Positions 9,257 to 18,481 of a stretch of 64,000 nt of DNA are shown piece by piece. The first letter of the stretch is position 1. Every line of letters begins with the position of its first letter. Below the pieces are notes generated by a model. It searched no databases. It was given only the letters and a program-made list of their open reading frames with translations, and was not told the DNA's origin. Position numbers and translations under genes: made by a program. This DNA is from Xanthobacteraceae bacterium (GTDB lineage Bacteria; Pseudomonadota; Alphaproteobacteria; Rhizobiales; Xanthobacteraceae): the NCBI GenBank assembly GCA_049282655.1, contig JBAPUM010000112.1:2945-66944 (forward strand), in the 5' to 3' direction.

Positions 9257-9538
9257 ATGATGCCGCGATCACCTGGAATGCTGGCTCTCGCAATAGCGTT
9301 GGCTCTGGTGGCGTCGCCGTTCGCAATCTCCAAGGCGAAAGCCGAGGACAAGGACGCATCCGCCAAGCCGGTGCATGTGGCGCCGCGGGTGATCTACCAG
9401 TCCGGCTCCTGCCATAATTTCGGATATAAATGGCCGGGATTTTCCTTCCCGATGCCGGTCGCCTGGGCTCCCGACAGGACCGTAACCGCCTGGATTTGCA
9501 CGCACGATTTCAAGCTCGCGCCGCATGATTGGCCTTAA
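9257..9538 (+). CDS. small secreted hypothetical protein
   Basis: 93 aa. Signal peptide MMPRSPGMLALAIALALVASPFAISKAKA. GGGGG SD-like run upstream of the ATG. No family recognised. Confidence 0.55.
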   Translation: MMPRSPGMLALAIALALVASPFAISKAKAEDKDASAKPVHVAPRVIYQSGSCHNFGYKWPGFSFPMPVAWAPDRTVTAWICTHDFKLAPHDWP

Positions 9539-9603
9539 GCGGATCTGATCCGATAGAGGCGTCGCTGGTTCGAAGCGAAACGGACTGCTGCCGTCTGCCC
9601 TCC

Positions 9604-10404
9604 TTAATTGCCCTGCATGTAACTCGCGCGCGGCGGAAAGCGGCTGAGCAACACGCCTTCGATTGCCACGAACAGGCCGTTGATCACGAAGCCGATGAGA
9701 CCGACGACGACCAGAAGCCCGTAGACTTCGGCGGAATGGAATTGCCGCTGGCTGATGACGATCAGGCTGCCGATACCCGGCAGGCTGGTCAGCATTTCGA
9801 CCAGCAAGGTGATGATGATCGCGAGCGGAATCGCGCCGCGGACACCGACCAGAAACGCCGGCACCGCCGACGGCACAACGATCTTGGCGAGCGTGGCGAA
9901 GCGGCCGAGCCGCATGGTGTGCGAGACTTCGACCAATAGGTCGGACAGGCCCGCGGTCGCTGCCGCGATGTTCAACAGGATCGGCCAGACCGCGACCAGA
10001 ACGACGATCACGAGTTTCAGGCTCTGGACATAGCCGAGCAGCAGCACAGCGACCGGCACGATCACCGGCGGCGGCAGGCCGCGGCAGAATTCAAGCAACG
10101 GCCCGAGCGCGCGGCGCGCCGCATACGATCGTCCGATCAAAAGGCCCAGCAGCCCGCCGATCACGCAGGCCAGGGCAATCGCGAGCGTGAATGTCGTCAG
10201 CGTCGCGCCGAGCGCCGCCAGCAACCGGCCGTTCTTTGCCAGGCCCACAAGCCCCGTCCACCAGGCGCTGGGCGGCGGGAAATAAGGCGAGCCGTGCGGA
10301 TCGATGATCTGCCAGAGGACGAGCAACCCGAACAGCGGCAACAATCCGCGCAGCGGCGGCATGCCGAGGCGCAACGCGGCGATCCATGGCGCACCTTCAG
10401 ACAT
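9604..10404 (-). CDS. ABC transporter permease (NitT/TauT family)
   Basis: 266-aa polytopic ORF, last gene of the SBP-ATPase-permease-permease operon 13032->9604. Confidence 0.88.
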   Translation of the reverse strand: MSEGAPWIAALRLGMPPLRGLLPLFGLLVLWQIIDPHGSPYFPPPSAWWTGLVGLAKNGRLLAALGATLTTFTLAIALACVIGGLLGLLIGRSYAARRALGPLLEFCRGLPPPVIVPVAVLLLGYVQSLKLVIVVLVAVWPILLNIAAATAGLSDLLVEVSHTMRLGRFATLAKIVVPSAVPAFLVGVRGAIPLAIIITLLVEMLTSLPGIGSLIVISQRQFHSAEVYGLLVVVGLIGFVINGLFVAIEGVLLSRFPPRASYMQGN

Positions 10405-10427
10405 CGGAGCCTTTAAACATCAGACCT

Positions 10428-11201
10428 TTAGACATCAGACATGGCCTCGCGGCCGTAGACCGGCAACAGTCGTCGCGCAGCGGCAAGGAGAAGGCCGTTC
10501 AGCAGTATCGCCAGCACGCCGATGAACAGCACATAGGCGAACATCTGCTCGGGCTGGATCGCGACAAGCGCGCTGACGACCGCATAGCCGAGACCGTGCG
10601 GATTGCCGATCATCTCGGCGATAATGGCCAGCACCAGCGTGGTGCCGAGACAAAGCCGCGCGCCGACGAGGATCGCCGGCGCCGCCGCGGGCAAGAGGAC
10701 TTTCAGCAAAGCCTGCAACGGCGTCAGCTTGAGCGTCAGGCTCACGTCATGCAGCCGGGACGCCACATTGGCGATGCCGCCCATGGTATTGGTGAACATC
10801 GGCCAGATGCTGGCATAGACCATGACCACGAGCTCGGTGGTCAGCGAGAAATTGAACAGCAGCAAAGCCACGGGCAGGAACGCGATGGCGGGCAGCGGCC
10901 GCAGCACTTCGAGCGAGGCGAGAAACCAGCGGCGGGCGAAACCGGACAGGCCGAACACCACGCCGAGCACGCCACCGATCAGACAAGCCAGCACCCAGCC
11001 GATCAGGATCGAGCGCAGCGTATGCATGGTGGCAGCGAAGAGCTCGCCGGAACGGACGATGCCGACAAAGGCCAATGCGATGGCGGATGGCGCCGGCAAA
11101 TAGTCGAAGGTCACGGCGCCGCAGCGCACCGCAAGCTCCCAGAGGACAATGGCTGCGATGAGCGTGACGGCGCCGGGGAAATTGAATGATTCGCTGCGCA
11201 T
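10428..11201 (-). CDS. ABC transporter permease (NitT/TauT family)
   Basis: 257-aa polytopic ORF, paralogous to the next permease. Begins 6 nt after the ATPase stop. Confidence 0.88.
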   Translation of the reverse strand: MRSESFNFPGAVTLIAAIVLWELAVRCGAVTFDYLPAPSAIALAFVGIVRSGELFAATMHTLRSILIGWVLACLIGGVLGVVFGLSGFARRWFLASLEVLRPLPAIAFLPVALLLFNFSLTTELVVMVYASIWPMFTNTMGGIANVASRLHDVSLTLKLTPLQALLKVLLPAAAPAILVGARLCLGTTLVLAIIAEMIGNPHGLGYAVVSALVAIQPEQMFAYVLFIGVLAILLNGLLLAAARRLLPVYGREAMSDV

Positions 11202-11207
11202 CGCGGG

Positions 11208-12044
11208 TCAGTGTCCGCCGGCGCTCAGCACCGCGGCGTGGATATCGGCCCGATATTGCAGGAATTCGGGCGACTGCCGGGTGCGGATCTGATCGCGCGG
11301 CCGCGGCAACGTAATCTCGACGGTTTTGTGGATGCGTCCAGGGGGGCCCGCGAGCACCACGGCGCGGTCACCGAGATAGACCGCCTCCTCGATATCGTGG
11401 GTGATGAAGACGAAGCTCGTGCCGGTTTGCCCGTGCACCTTCAAGACTTCATCCTGCAAAGTCGCTTTGGTCATTGCGTCGAGCGCGCCGAACGGCTCGT
11501 CCATCAGCATGACTTGCGGCTTGAGCGCGAGCGCACGCGCGATCTGCACTCTTTGCTGCATGCCGCCGGAAAGCTGCCAGGGATGATCGGAGGCGTTCTT
11601 TTCCAGCCCGACCATTTGCAGCGCCTGCCGCACCCGCGCCTCGACCTCGGCGCGGCCGAGCTTGCCCTCGATGCCGAGCGCGACATTGCGCGCGACGCTG
11701 CGCCATTGCAGGAGCGCGTTGGAATAATCCTGGAACACGACGACCACGCCCGACGGCGCGCCGGTCACGACTGAGCCGCGGAACCGGATCGTGCCGCTCG
11801 AGGCCGGGACGAGCCCGCCGAGCAGCCGCAGCAGCGTCGATTTACCGGTGCCCGACGAGCCGACGATGGTCAAAAATTCGCCGGCGCGAACAGCGAGCGA
11901 CAGCCGGTCGATGATCAGCCGGCGCTGACCGTGTGGAAATAGTTCAAGGCCGACGCCATCGCATTCGTAGATATTGCCGGCAGCGGTCGGTGCGGCTTCG
12001 GGCGTTCGGTCGTCCGATTTCTCCGCCATCAAGCGTGCCGTCAT
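11208..12044 (-). CDS. ABC transporter ATP-binding protein (NitT/TauT type)
   Basis: Walker A GSSGTGKST, signature LSGGMQQRVQIARAL, Walker B MLMDEPFGALD. The track ORF starts at TTG 12074. I prefer ATG 12044, which has GAGG upstream and follows the SBP stop by 10 nt. Confidence 0.9.
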   Translation of the reverse strand: MTARLMAEKSDDRTPEAAPTAAGNIYECDGVGLELFPHGQRRLIIDRLSLAVRAGEFLTIVGSSGTGKSTLLRLLGGLVPASSGTIRFRGSVVTGAPSGVVVVFQDYSNALLQWRSVARNVALGIEGKLGRAEVEARVRQALQMVGLEKNASDHPWQLSGGMQQRVQIARALALKPQVMLMDEPFGALDAMTKATLQDEVLKVHGQTGTSFVFITHDIEEAVYLGDRAVVLAGPPGRIHKTVEITLPRPRDQIRTRQSPEFLQYRADIHAAVLSAGGH

Positions 12045-12054
12045 AAAACCTCGC

Positions 12055-13032
12055 TCATTGCGGCGCGACGACAATGCGCTTGATGTCGAGGTCCTTCAAA
12101 GGCGCGCCTTGCGACACCATCACGTTGCGCCAAACGTCGAGCTCGGCCGGCGTGATTTTGAAGTCGTAATGCGGCAGCGGGATGCGGGCGACGACGGCGT
12201 CTGGCAGACCCGAATAACTCGCCAGCACTTTCCGCGCCTTGGCTTCGTCGCTCTGGATCGCCTGCAGCCCGCCTTCGAGCGAGGCGACCCAGCGCTTTAA
12301 GACATCGCCATGCGCACGGGCCCAGTCGGCGTCGGCGATCCAGAATGGAAACAAGACCGGATCGGCGACCGCCAACAGCGGATCGCCGATCGACTTGAAG
12401 CCTTGGCCGAGCATCTGGCCGACAAACGGCTCGAGTGGCTCGACCGCGTCGACCCGGCCCGATTTCAACTGATCCAGCATCGCGGTGAATGGCGCTTCGA
12501 GGCCGACGACGGTGGACGGATCGGCGCCCTCCTTCGCCATCCAATAGAGCAGCGCCACATGCATCACCGAGCCGACACCGGGACCGGCGACACGCTTGCC
12601 GGCGAGGTCTTTGACCGAATTGATGCCGCTGTCGGCTTTCACGATCACCTGATAGGATTTATTGGCCGAGGTTTCGAGCGTCTCGCCCGCCACCGCCGCA
12701 ATGTTCAAGCCGCTCGCCACCGCGTTGAGCAGATCGGGCGCCGTCGACGGCGCGAGATCGAACTGCTTGCCGAGCGTGCCCGGCAGATTGATCAGGTTGG
12801 GAAACTTGGTGAAGGTCACGTCGAGGCCGTTTTTCTCGAAAACGCCCTCCTCTTTGGCGACCAGTGCCGGCAGCCAGGTGATCACCGGAATATAGGCCAC
12901 GCGCAGTTGCGTCATCTGCTGCGCTTGCGCCACGCCGGACGGCGAAGCGAGCCAGGCAGCCAGCACGGCCAACGCCGCGGTCAGCCGCAACGTCGCTCCA
13001 ATCGCCCGGTTCGGCATGGTCTTGACCCTCAT
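12055..13032 (-). CDS. ABC substrate-binding protein (NMT1/SsuA-like)
   Basis: The track ORF (to 13323) is over-extended. ATG at 13032 gives MRVKTMPNRAIGATLRLTAALAVLAAWLASPSGVAQA, a signal peptide followed by a periplasmic binding-protein body. Confidence 0.85.
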   Translation of the reverse strand: MRVKTMPNRAIGATLRLTAALAVLAAWLASPSGVAQAQQMTQLRVAYIPVITWLPALVAKEEGVFEKNGLDVTFTKFPNLINLPGTLGKQFDLAPSTAPDLLNAVASGLNIAAVAGETLETSANKSYQVIVKADSGINSVKDLAGKRVAGPGVGSVMHVALLYWMAKEGADPSTVVGLEAPFTAMLDQLKSGRVDAVEPLEPFVGQMLGQGFKSIGDPLLAVADPVLFPFWIADADWARAHGDVLKRWVASLEGGLQAIQSDEAKARKVLASYSGLPDAVVARIPLPHYDFKITPAELDVWRNVMVSQGAPLKDLDIKRIVVAPQ

Positions 13033-13168
13033 TCGTTTCCCCCGTTGTCGGCACGGTCGATGACCCTTGCCGCTATTGTCGCGCGAAGCGTGCCGCAGCA
13101 TACAGATGGGAGGAAGATGGTCCAGTGCCGCATGGCGGAATGCGGGCGCAGGCCGGGGGAGCAGCAAC

Positions 13169-14038
13169 GTGCAGCATAGCGTGAGATTTGCGTCGGACGA
13201 TGTCGAGCTTTCGGGCGTGGTCCATGTCCCGGACGGACTGAAAGCCGGCGAGCGCCGCCCCGCCATCATCATGATGCACGGCTTCGGCGCCAACAAAAGC
13301 GGCGGGCCGGAATGGATCTGCAAGCAATATGAGAGCTGGGGCTATGTGGCGCTGCGCTTCGATTATCGCGGCTGCGGCGAGTCCGGCGGCGAGCGCGGCC
13401 GCGTTATTCCGCTCGAGGAAGTCGCCGATGCACGCAACGCTCTCAGCTATATGGCGATGCGACCGGAAGTCGACCCGGCCCGTATCGCGCTGTGCGGATC
13501 GAGCCTTGGCGCCGGCGTCGCCGTCTATGCGGCCGGCGTAGACCCCAGGGTCGCCGCCGTGATCCTGGAAAACGGCCTCGGCAATGGCGAGCGCATCATC
13601 CGCGGCATGCACAGCGAAGAATCCTGGGCCAAGTTTTTGCAATTGATGGCGGACGGCATCCGCCATCGCGAAACCACCGGCACCTCGATGATGGTGCACC
13701 GCTTCGACATTTTCGAAATGCCCAAGGAGCTGCAGAAGAACCTCACCTCGAACGATTCGCTGATGCATTTCACCGCCGAAACCGCGGTCGGCTTTTTCAT
13801 GTTCCGGCCGGAGGAGATGATCGCCAAGATCGCGCCGCGGCCGATCCTGATCCTGCACAGCGCCCGCGACCGGGTCTGCAATTTCGAGGAGGCGTTCAGT
13901 TTGATGCGGCTCGCCAAGCCGCCGGCGGAACTGCATCTGATCGACGGCGTCGATCATTTCATGTTCGTCGATTCCGACCCGCGCGTCGCCTTTATTCTGA
14001 AGAACTGGCTCGACAGGTTCTTCCCGGTCAAGCTCTAA
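13169..14038 (+). CDS. alpha/beta hydrolase
   Basis: Nucleophile elbow GSSLGAG and HGFG oxyanion region. The track ORF starts at TTG 13067. GTG 13169 has GGGGGAG 7 nt upstream and gives a typical N-terminus (QHSVRFASDDVELSGVVHVP). Confidence 0.85.
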   Translation: MQHSVRFASDDVELSGVVHVPDGLKAGERRPAIIMMHGFGANKSGGPEWICKQYESWGYVALRFDYRGCGESGGERGRVIPLEEVADARNALSYMAMRPEVDPARIALCGSSLGAGVAVYAAGVDPRVAAVILENGLGNGERIIRGMHSEESWAKFLQLMADGIRHRETTGTSMMVHRFDIFEMPKELQKNLTSNDSLMHFTAETAVGFFMFRPEEMIAKIAPRPILILHSARDRVCNFEEAFSLMRLAKPPAELHLIDGVDHFMFVDSDPRVAFILKNWLDRFFPVKL

Positions 14039-14056
14039 GATCCGGTCCGCCGCACG

Positions 14057-14572
14057 TCACGGTGCGATATGAAGCTCGTTCGGCAAATCAGACGTGTCGA
14101 AATCGCGTTTGTTGGTGTCGAGATTTTCGAGGTTGAAAAACAAACACTCGTCATGGACGAAGTGCGGACCGGCATGCCAGGTCGCGACGTGCAGCTTGAT
14201 CACGCGGTCGCCGGGGATGCGAAAAGCCGCAAGTCGCGAGAGATCGGGCTTGGTGCCGTCGGCGAGATCGTTCGGCGGCGCGACCGCGATGAACCATTCC
14301 TTGCCCTGCAGTGCGCCGAGGCATTGGCTGACGCGGCGATGCCGCGCCAATTGCATGAATGCGAGACCGCGTTTTCGCTGCTCCATAATCCACAAGCGCG
14401 GCGTGCCGTTGGTCAGGGTCAATTTCGGCTCTTCGCCGCTCGTCTCCGGATCATAGGCATGGTTGGCAAACTGTGTGCCGATGGGACGCGGACGGATGAT
14501 CTCGCCATAGGGCGCGAATGCCGCCGCCTCCAGCGCTTGCGCGGGCAGCTTGATGGCAGCGAGTGTGGTCAT
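14057..14572 (-). CDS. ureidoglycolate lyase (AllA/PF04115)-family protein
   Basis: 171 aa. Shares the AllA landmarks F.PYG.II, RH...Q, PDLS.L.AF and WH..P. Specific substrate not determinable. Confidence 0.65.
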   Translation of the reverse strand: MTTLAAIKLPAQALEAAAFAPYGEIIRPRPIGTQFANHAYDPETSGEEPKLTLTNGTPRLWIMEQRKRGLAFMQLARHRRVSQCLGALQGKEWFIAVAPPNDLADGTKPDLSRLAAFRIPGDRVIKLHVATWHAGPHFVHDECLFFNLENLDTNKRDFDTSDLPNELHIAP

Positions 14573-14590
14573 GGGTGTCGCCTTTCGTCT

Positions 14591-15568
14591 TTACGACGGC
14601 GCAAGCCCGAACAAGCGGGCGGCATTGCCGCCGAGGATCGCCGCCTTGTCGGCCACCGAGATCGGCAGCCGCGTTACATGCGCGGTGTCCGAGCCAATGA
14701 ACGGATCGTCAGTGCCGAACAAGATTTGGCTGACGCCGACCGCGTCGATCGCGAACATCAGCGCTTTCTCGCCGAAGGCGCAAGAATCGTAATAAAGCCG
14801 CTTGCCGTATTCGCTCGGCAGCCGGTCGATATATTTGCGGCAATCGGGAAAGAGACGAAAACCGTTGTCGAGGCGCTCCATCAGCATGATCAGCGCCGCG
14901 CCGGTATGCGCCAAGACGAAGGGGAAATCCGGATAGCGCTCGAAAATGCCCGCATAGATCATGCGCGCCGCCATCAGCGTGGTGTCGAACATCAACCCGA
15001 CGCGCAGCGGCAATTCGAACTCGCCCATGTCGGAGGTATCGCGCGGGAATACCGGATGCTCGACGACGGGCAGCTTCAAGGCATTGATCTTCGCCCATAG
15101 CGGCTCGAAGCGCGCGTCGTTGAGCGCCACGCCGCCGATATTGGAGCCGATGGCGACGCCAGAGAGGCCGAGCTCGTCGACCGCGCGATCGATTTCGCAC
15201 AGCGAGGCCTCGACATCGGCCAGCGGCAGGCTGGCGAGGCCTATGAATTTTTTCGGCTCCGCACGGCAGTAGCGCGCCAGCGCATCATTGACGTGGCGCG
15301 CGATCTCGACCTGCTCGGGGGGAGAAAACGGATAGACGTTCGGCGCGCTGACCGAGAGGACGCGCATGTCGATCGATTTTTCCGCCATGTCGGCGAGGCG
15401 GTGTTCGACCGAAAACATGTCCGGCCGGGTCCAGGCCAGCGTGGCGCCGCGCTCGCGCAACAGCGTCTTGCCATCCGCCGTGGTCTCGACATCGAGCCGC
15501 ATGACGCGGGTGAGATCGTCGAGATAACGGCGATCGACGTAGTGCGCATGGATGTCGATGGTGGGCAT
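14591..15568 (-). CDS. amidohydrolase_2 (ACMSD-type metal-dependent hydrolase/decarboxylase) family protein
   Basis: N-terminal metal motif IDIHAHY, about 325 aa, typical PF04909 layout. Confidence 0.85.
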   Translation of the reverse strand: MPTIDIHAHYVDRRYLDDLTRVMRLDVETTADGKTLLRERGATLAWTRPDMFSVEHRLADMAEKSIDMRVLSVSAPNVYPFSPPEQVEIARHVNDALARYCRAEPKKFIGLASLPLADVEASLCEIDRAVDELGLSGVAIGSNIGGVALNDARFEPLWAKINALKLPVVEHPVFPRDTSDMGEFELPLRVGLMFDTTLMAARMIYAGIFERYPDFPFVLAHTGAALIMLMERLDNGFRLFPDCRKYIDRLPSEYGKRLYYDSCAFGEKALMFAIDAVGVSQILFGTDDPFIGSDTAHVTRLPISVADKAAILGGNAARLFGLAPS

Positions 15569-15645
15569 GGACTGGATCGCGGTCGCTGCGAAGAAGGGAG
15601 GCGCAAACTAGACACGATCCGGCGAAATGGAAAGACCGACGCAAT

Positions 15646-17808
15646 TCAGATCGCGCTGCGCAGATCGTGGTTCTTCAGCGGCAGCGACCGGATGCGCTTG
15701 CCGGTGGCGGCGAAGATGGCATTGCAAAGCGCGGGCGCGAGCGGCGGCACCGGCGGCTCTCCGACGCCGCCCCAAAAACCCCCGCTCGGCACGATGACGG
15801 TTTCGACCTGCGGCACGTCGGCCAGGCGCAACATTTCGTAATCGTCGAAATTCGATTGCGAGGCGCCGCCATCCTTGATGGTGATCTCGCCATAGAGCGC
15901 GGCGGTCAACGCATAGACCACCGCGCCTTGGGTCTGCATCTCGATCGACAGCGGGTTGACGGCGTAACCCATGTCCAAGGCCGAGACCACGCGATGCACG
16001 CGCACGCGCCCGTCACTGACCGAGAGCTCGACGACCTGCGCGCAATAGCTGCCGCAGGCCGCGTTGAGCGCGATGCCGCGGAACACGCCGCGCGGCAACG
16101 GACCGCCCCAATTTGCCTTCCGGGCGGCGGCGTCGAGCACGGCGAGATTGCGCGGGTCCTTGGCCAATAATTTGCGGCGATAGAGGTAGGGATCGATGCC
16201 GGCGGCATGCGCCATCTCGTCGACGAAGCTTTCCTTGTAGAAGGCGTTCTGCGTGTAGTTGATCGCGCGCCAGACGCCGAGCGGCACCGGGGTGGGGCGG
16301 ATCACGTAGTCGACCCGGTAGTTCGGCACGTCGTAGGGCATTTCGTCGGTGAGGCCGCTGACGAAGGTGCGGTCGGCAAGTGTCGGCCCGAACGCCGGCA
16401 CCAGCGATGCGACGAAGGAGGGGCCGGTAAGCCTGATCGACCAAGCGACCGGCATTCCGTCGCCGTCGAGACCCGCGACCAGACGCGCCATGCCACAGGG
16501 CCGGTAGAGATCGTGGGCGATGTCTTCTTCGCGCGTCCAGACGAGCTTGACCGGCTCCTTGAATTCCTTGGCAATGACGACGGCCTGGCGGACGAATTCC
16601 TGGATCGGCCCGCGCCGCCCGAAGCCGCCGCCGAGCAGCATGCGGTGCACGGTGACCTTGTCGTTGGCCACGCCGGCGGCGATCGCCGCTGTCGCAAGCG
16701 CAGTGGCGGGATCCTGCGTCGGCGCCCAGATCTCGACGCCGTCCGCAGTCACATGAGCGGTGCAGGTCTGCGGTTCCATGGTGGCGTGGGCGAGAAACGG
16801 CACCTCGTATTCCGCCTCGACCCGCCGCGATGCGACGGCGAGCGCCGCCGCAGCATCGCCGTCGCTGCGTCCGATCTGCGCCGGCGCAGCATCAAGCCCG
16901 CCGCGCACCAGATCGGCGATCGCCGCGCTCGCCAGCCCGCCATTGCCGCGATCGTCCCAGGTGACTTTCAGGGCGGCCACGGCCCGCTGCGCCCGCCACC
17001 AGGAATCCGCCACCACCGCGACGGCGTCGGGCATGCGGACGACGCCGCGCACGCCGGGCATCCCCGCAATCGAATTGTCGTCGACCGAGTTCAGCGCACC
17101 CCCGAACACCGGACACTGGAGGATGGCGGCGTAAAGCATGCCAGGAAGACGCACGTCGATCGCATAGACGGGTTGTGCCGTAACCTTGGCCAAAACGTCG
17201 AGACGCTTACGCGGCGTGCCGGCGAGGCGCCATGCGCTCGGCGGCTTCAGCGCCACATCTCTGGGCGGTTCGACCTTGGCCGCGTCCTCAGCAACGGCGC
17301 CGAAAGTGATCCTGCGGCCCGTCGATCCATGGACGATTGCGCTATTGCGGGCGCTACACTCCGCCGCCGGTACCTGCCACCGCGCCGCCGCCGCGGCGAT
17401 TAGCATCTCGCGAGCCATGGCTCCGGCCCGGCGCAGATAGTCCTGTGACGAGGCGACCGAACGGCTGGCGCCGGTGGCGGTATCGCCAAAGGCGCGGCTC
17501 CGCCGCAAATTCTCTTCCTGGGAGACGATTTCGGTGCGGACCTTGCCCCAATCGCATTCGAGCTCTTCGGCCACCAGCATCGCAAGGCCGGTCAAGACGC
17601 CCTGCCCCATCTCATCCCGGGCGACGCGGATGGTCACGGTGTCGTCAGCGGCGATCACCACCCAACAAGTAATTTCGGAAGCGCCCTCGGCGCCGCGCGC
17701 CCGGTCCGGTGCCGCAAAGGGAATGGCGAAGCCCAGCGCCACGCCGCCGGCTGTGGCGGTGGCGCCAATAAGGAATGAACGGCGATGGAATTCGCCGGCC
17801 AGCGTCAT
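15646..17808 (-). CDS. molybdopterin-dependent oxidoreductase, IorB / aldehyde-oxidase large-subunit type, Tat signal
   Basis: 720 aa. Twin-arginine signal HRRSFLIGATATAGGVALG. The body resembles the isoquinoline 1-oxidoreductase beta / membrane-bound aldehyde dehydrogenase Mo subunit. No 2Fe-2S subunit gene is adjacent. Confidence 0.85.
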   Translation of the reverse strand: MTLAGEFHRRSFLIGATATAGGVALGFAIPFAAPDRARGAEGASEITCWVVIAADDTVTIRVARDEMGQGVLTGLAMLVAEELECDWGKVRTEIVSQEENLRRSRAFGDTATGASRSVASSQDYLRRAGAMAREMLIAAAAARWQVPAAECSARNSAIVHGSTGRRITFGAVAEDAAKVEPPRDVALKPPSAWRLAGTPRKRLDVLAKVTAQPVYAIDVRLPGMLYAAILQCPVFGGALNSVDDNSIAGMPGVRGVVRMPDAVAVVADSWWRAQRAVAALKVTWDDRGNGGLASAAIADLVRGGLDAAPAQIGRSDGDAAAALAVASRRVEAEYEVPFLAHATMEPQTCTAHVTADGVEIWAPTQDPATALATAAIAAGVANDKVTVHRMLLGGGFGRRGPIQEFVRQAVVIAKEFKEPVKLVWTREEDIAHDLYRPCGMARLVAGLDGDGMPVAWSIRLTGPSFVASLVPAFGPTLADRTFVSGLTDEMPYDVPNYRVDYVIRPTPVPLGVWRAINYTQNAFYKESFVDEMAHAAGIDPYLYRRKLLAKDPRNLAVLDAAARKANWGGPLPRGVFRGIALNAACGSYCAQVVELSVSDGRVRVHRVVSALDMGYAVNPLSIEMQTQGAVVYALTAALYGEITIKDGGASQSNFDDYEMLRLADVPQVETVIVPSGGFWGGVGEPPVPPLAPALCNAIFAATGKRIRSLPLKNHDLRSAI

Positions 17809-17943
17809 GAATTGACCCTCACAACCCTATGACGATGCCAGATTCCTCCGTTTCGCGCAGCGCAAAAAACAGCGGCGCGATGGTGATAATGTAGGCTTGG
17901 ATACGGCATAGGGTCGGGCATCGATCGCAATTCGGAGACCGTT

Positions 17944-18468
17944 ATGGGCAAGGATCCATCAATAGTCGAACGCCGGCTTCGCGCCATAGAGGATCGGCTG
18001 GAAATCTACAATCTCATCGCAAGCCACCCGCCGAGTGCCGATACCGGTGCCTCCGCCTATGCTGAATTCGTCTATGCTGAGGACGGGGTGTTCGATCGCG
18101 GCCCCGATCTGTCCGGCGCGACCGGCAATAAGGCGATCGCGGCAAGCCTCAAGAGCGAGGGCCATCAGGCGGCCATTGCCGGCGGCATCGCGCATTTCAC
18201 CGGCCTGCCGCATATCGCGCTCGACGGCGATACCGCTGTCGTCACCTCTTATCTGCAGATCCTGACCCCGAGAAAATCCGGCGAGCCGGTCGAAGTTCCC
18301 AATCATGGCGCCTCGCGGGGCTATCACATCCACCGTGTGGTCACCAATCGCTGGGAGCTTGCACGCACGCCGTCCGGCTGGAAGATCAAGCGCCGGACGC
18401 TGCGGCTGGTCGACGGCACCGAGCCGGCGCGAGAAATTTTGCGCGGGGCGTTGAAAGGCTACGCCTAA
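17944..18468 (+). CDS. SnoaL-like / NTF2-fold family protein
   Basis: 174 aa. N-terminal helix IEDRLEIYNLIA typical of SnoaL_4-type proteins. Divergent from the Mo enzyme gene. Confidence 0.6.
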   Translation: MGKDPSIVERRLRAIEDRLEIYNLIASHPPSADTGASAYAEFVYAEDGVFDRGPDLSGATGNKAIAASLKSEGHQAAIAGGIAHFTGLPHIALDGDTAVVTSYLQILTPRKSGEPVEVPNHGASRGYHIHRVVTNRWELARTPSGWKIKRRTLRLVDGTEPAREILRGALKGYA

Positions 18469-18481
18469 CCGGACCAGCCGG

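Noticed and set aside
12055-13323. N-terminally extended track ORFs. Also 29627..31213, 45332..46525, 21541..22203, 38396..39166 and 57874..58479.
   Set aside because: The extensions lack signal or fold features, overlap neighbouring genes or promoters, and contain internal starts with SD sequences and proper N-termini (signal peptides, P-loops). I trimmed the genes accordingly.
17824-17914. 8-bp inverted repeat ACCCTATG ... CATAGGGT flanking 75 nt in the IorB-like/SnoaL divergent region.
   Set aside because: The arms are too far apart for a simple operator. A single 8-mer match in a short region may be chance, and there is no supporting second copy.
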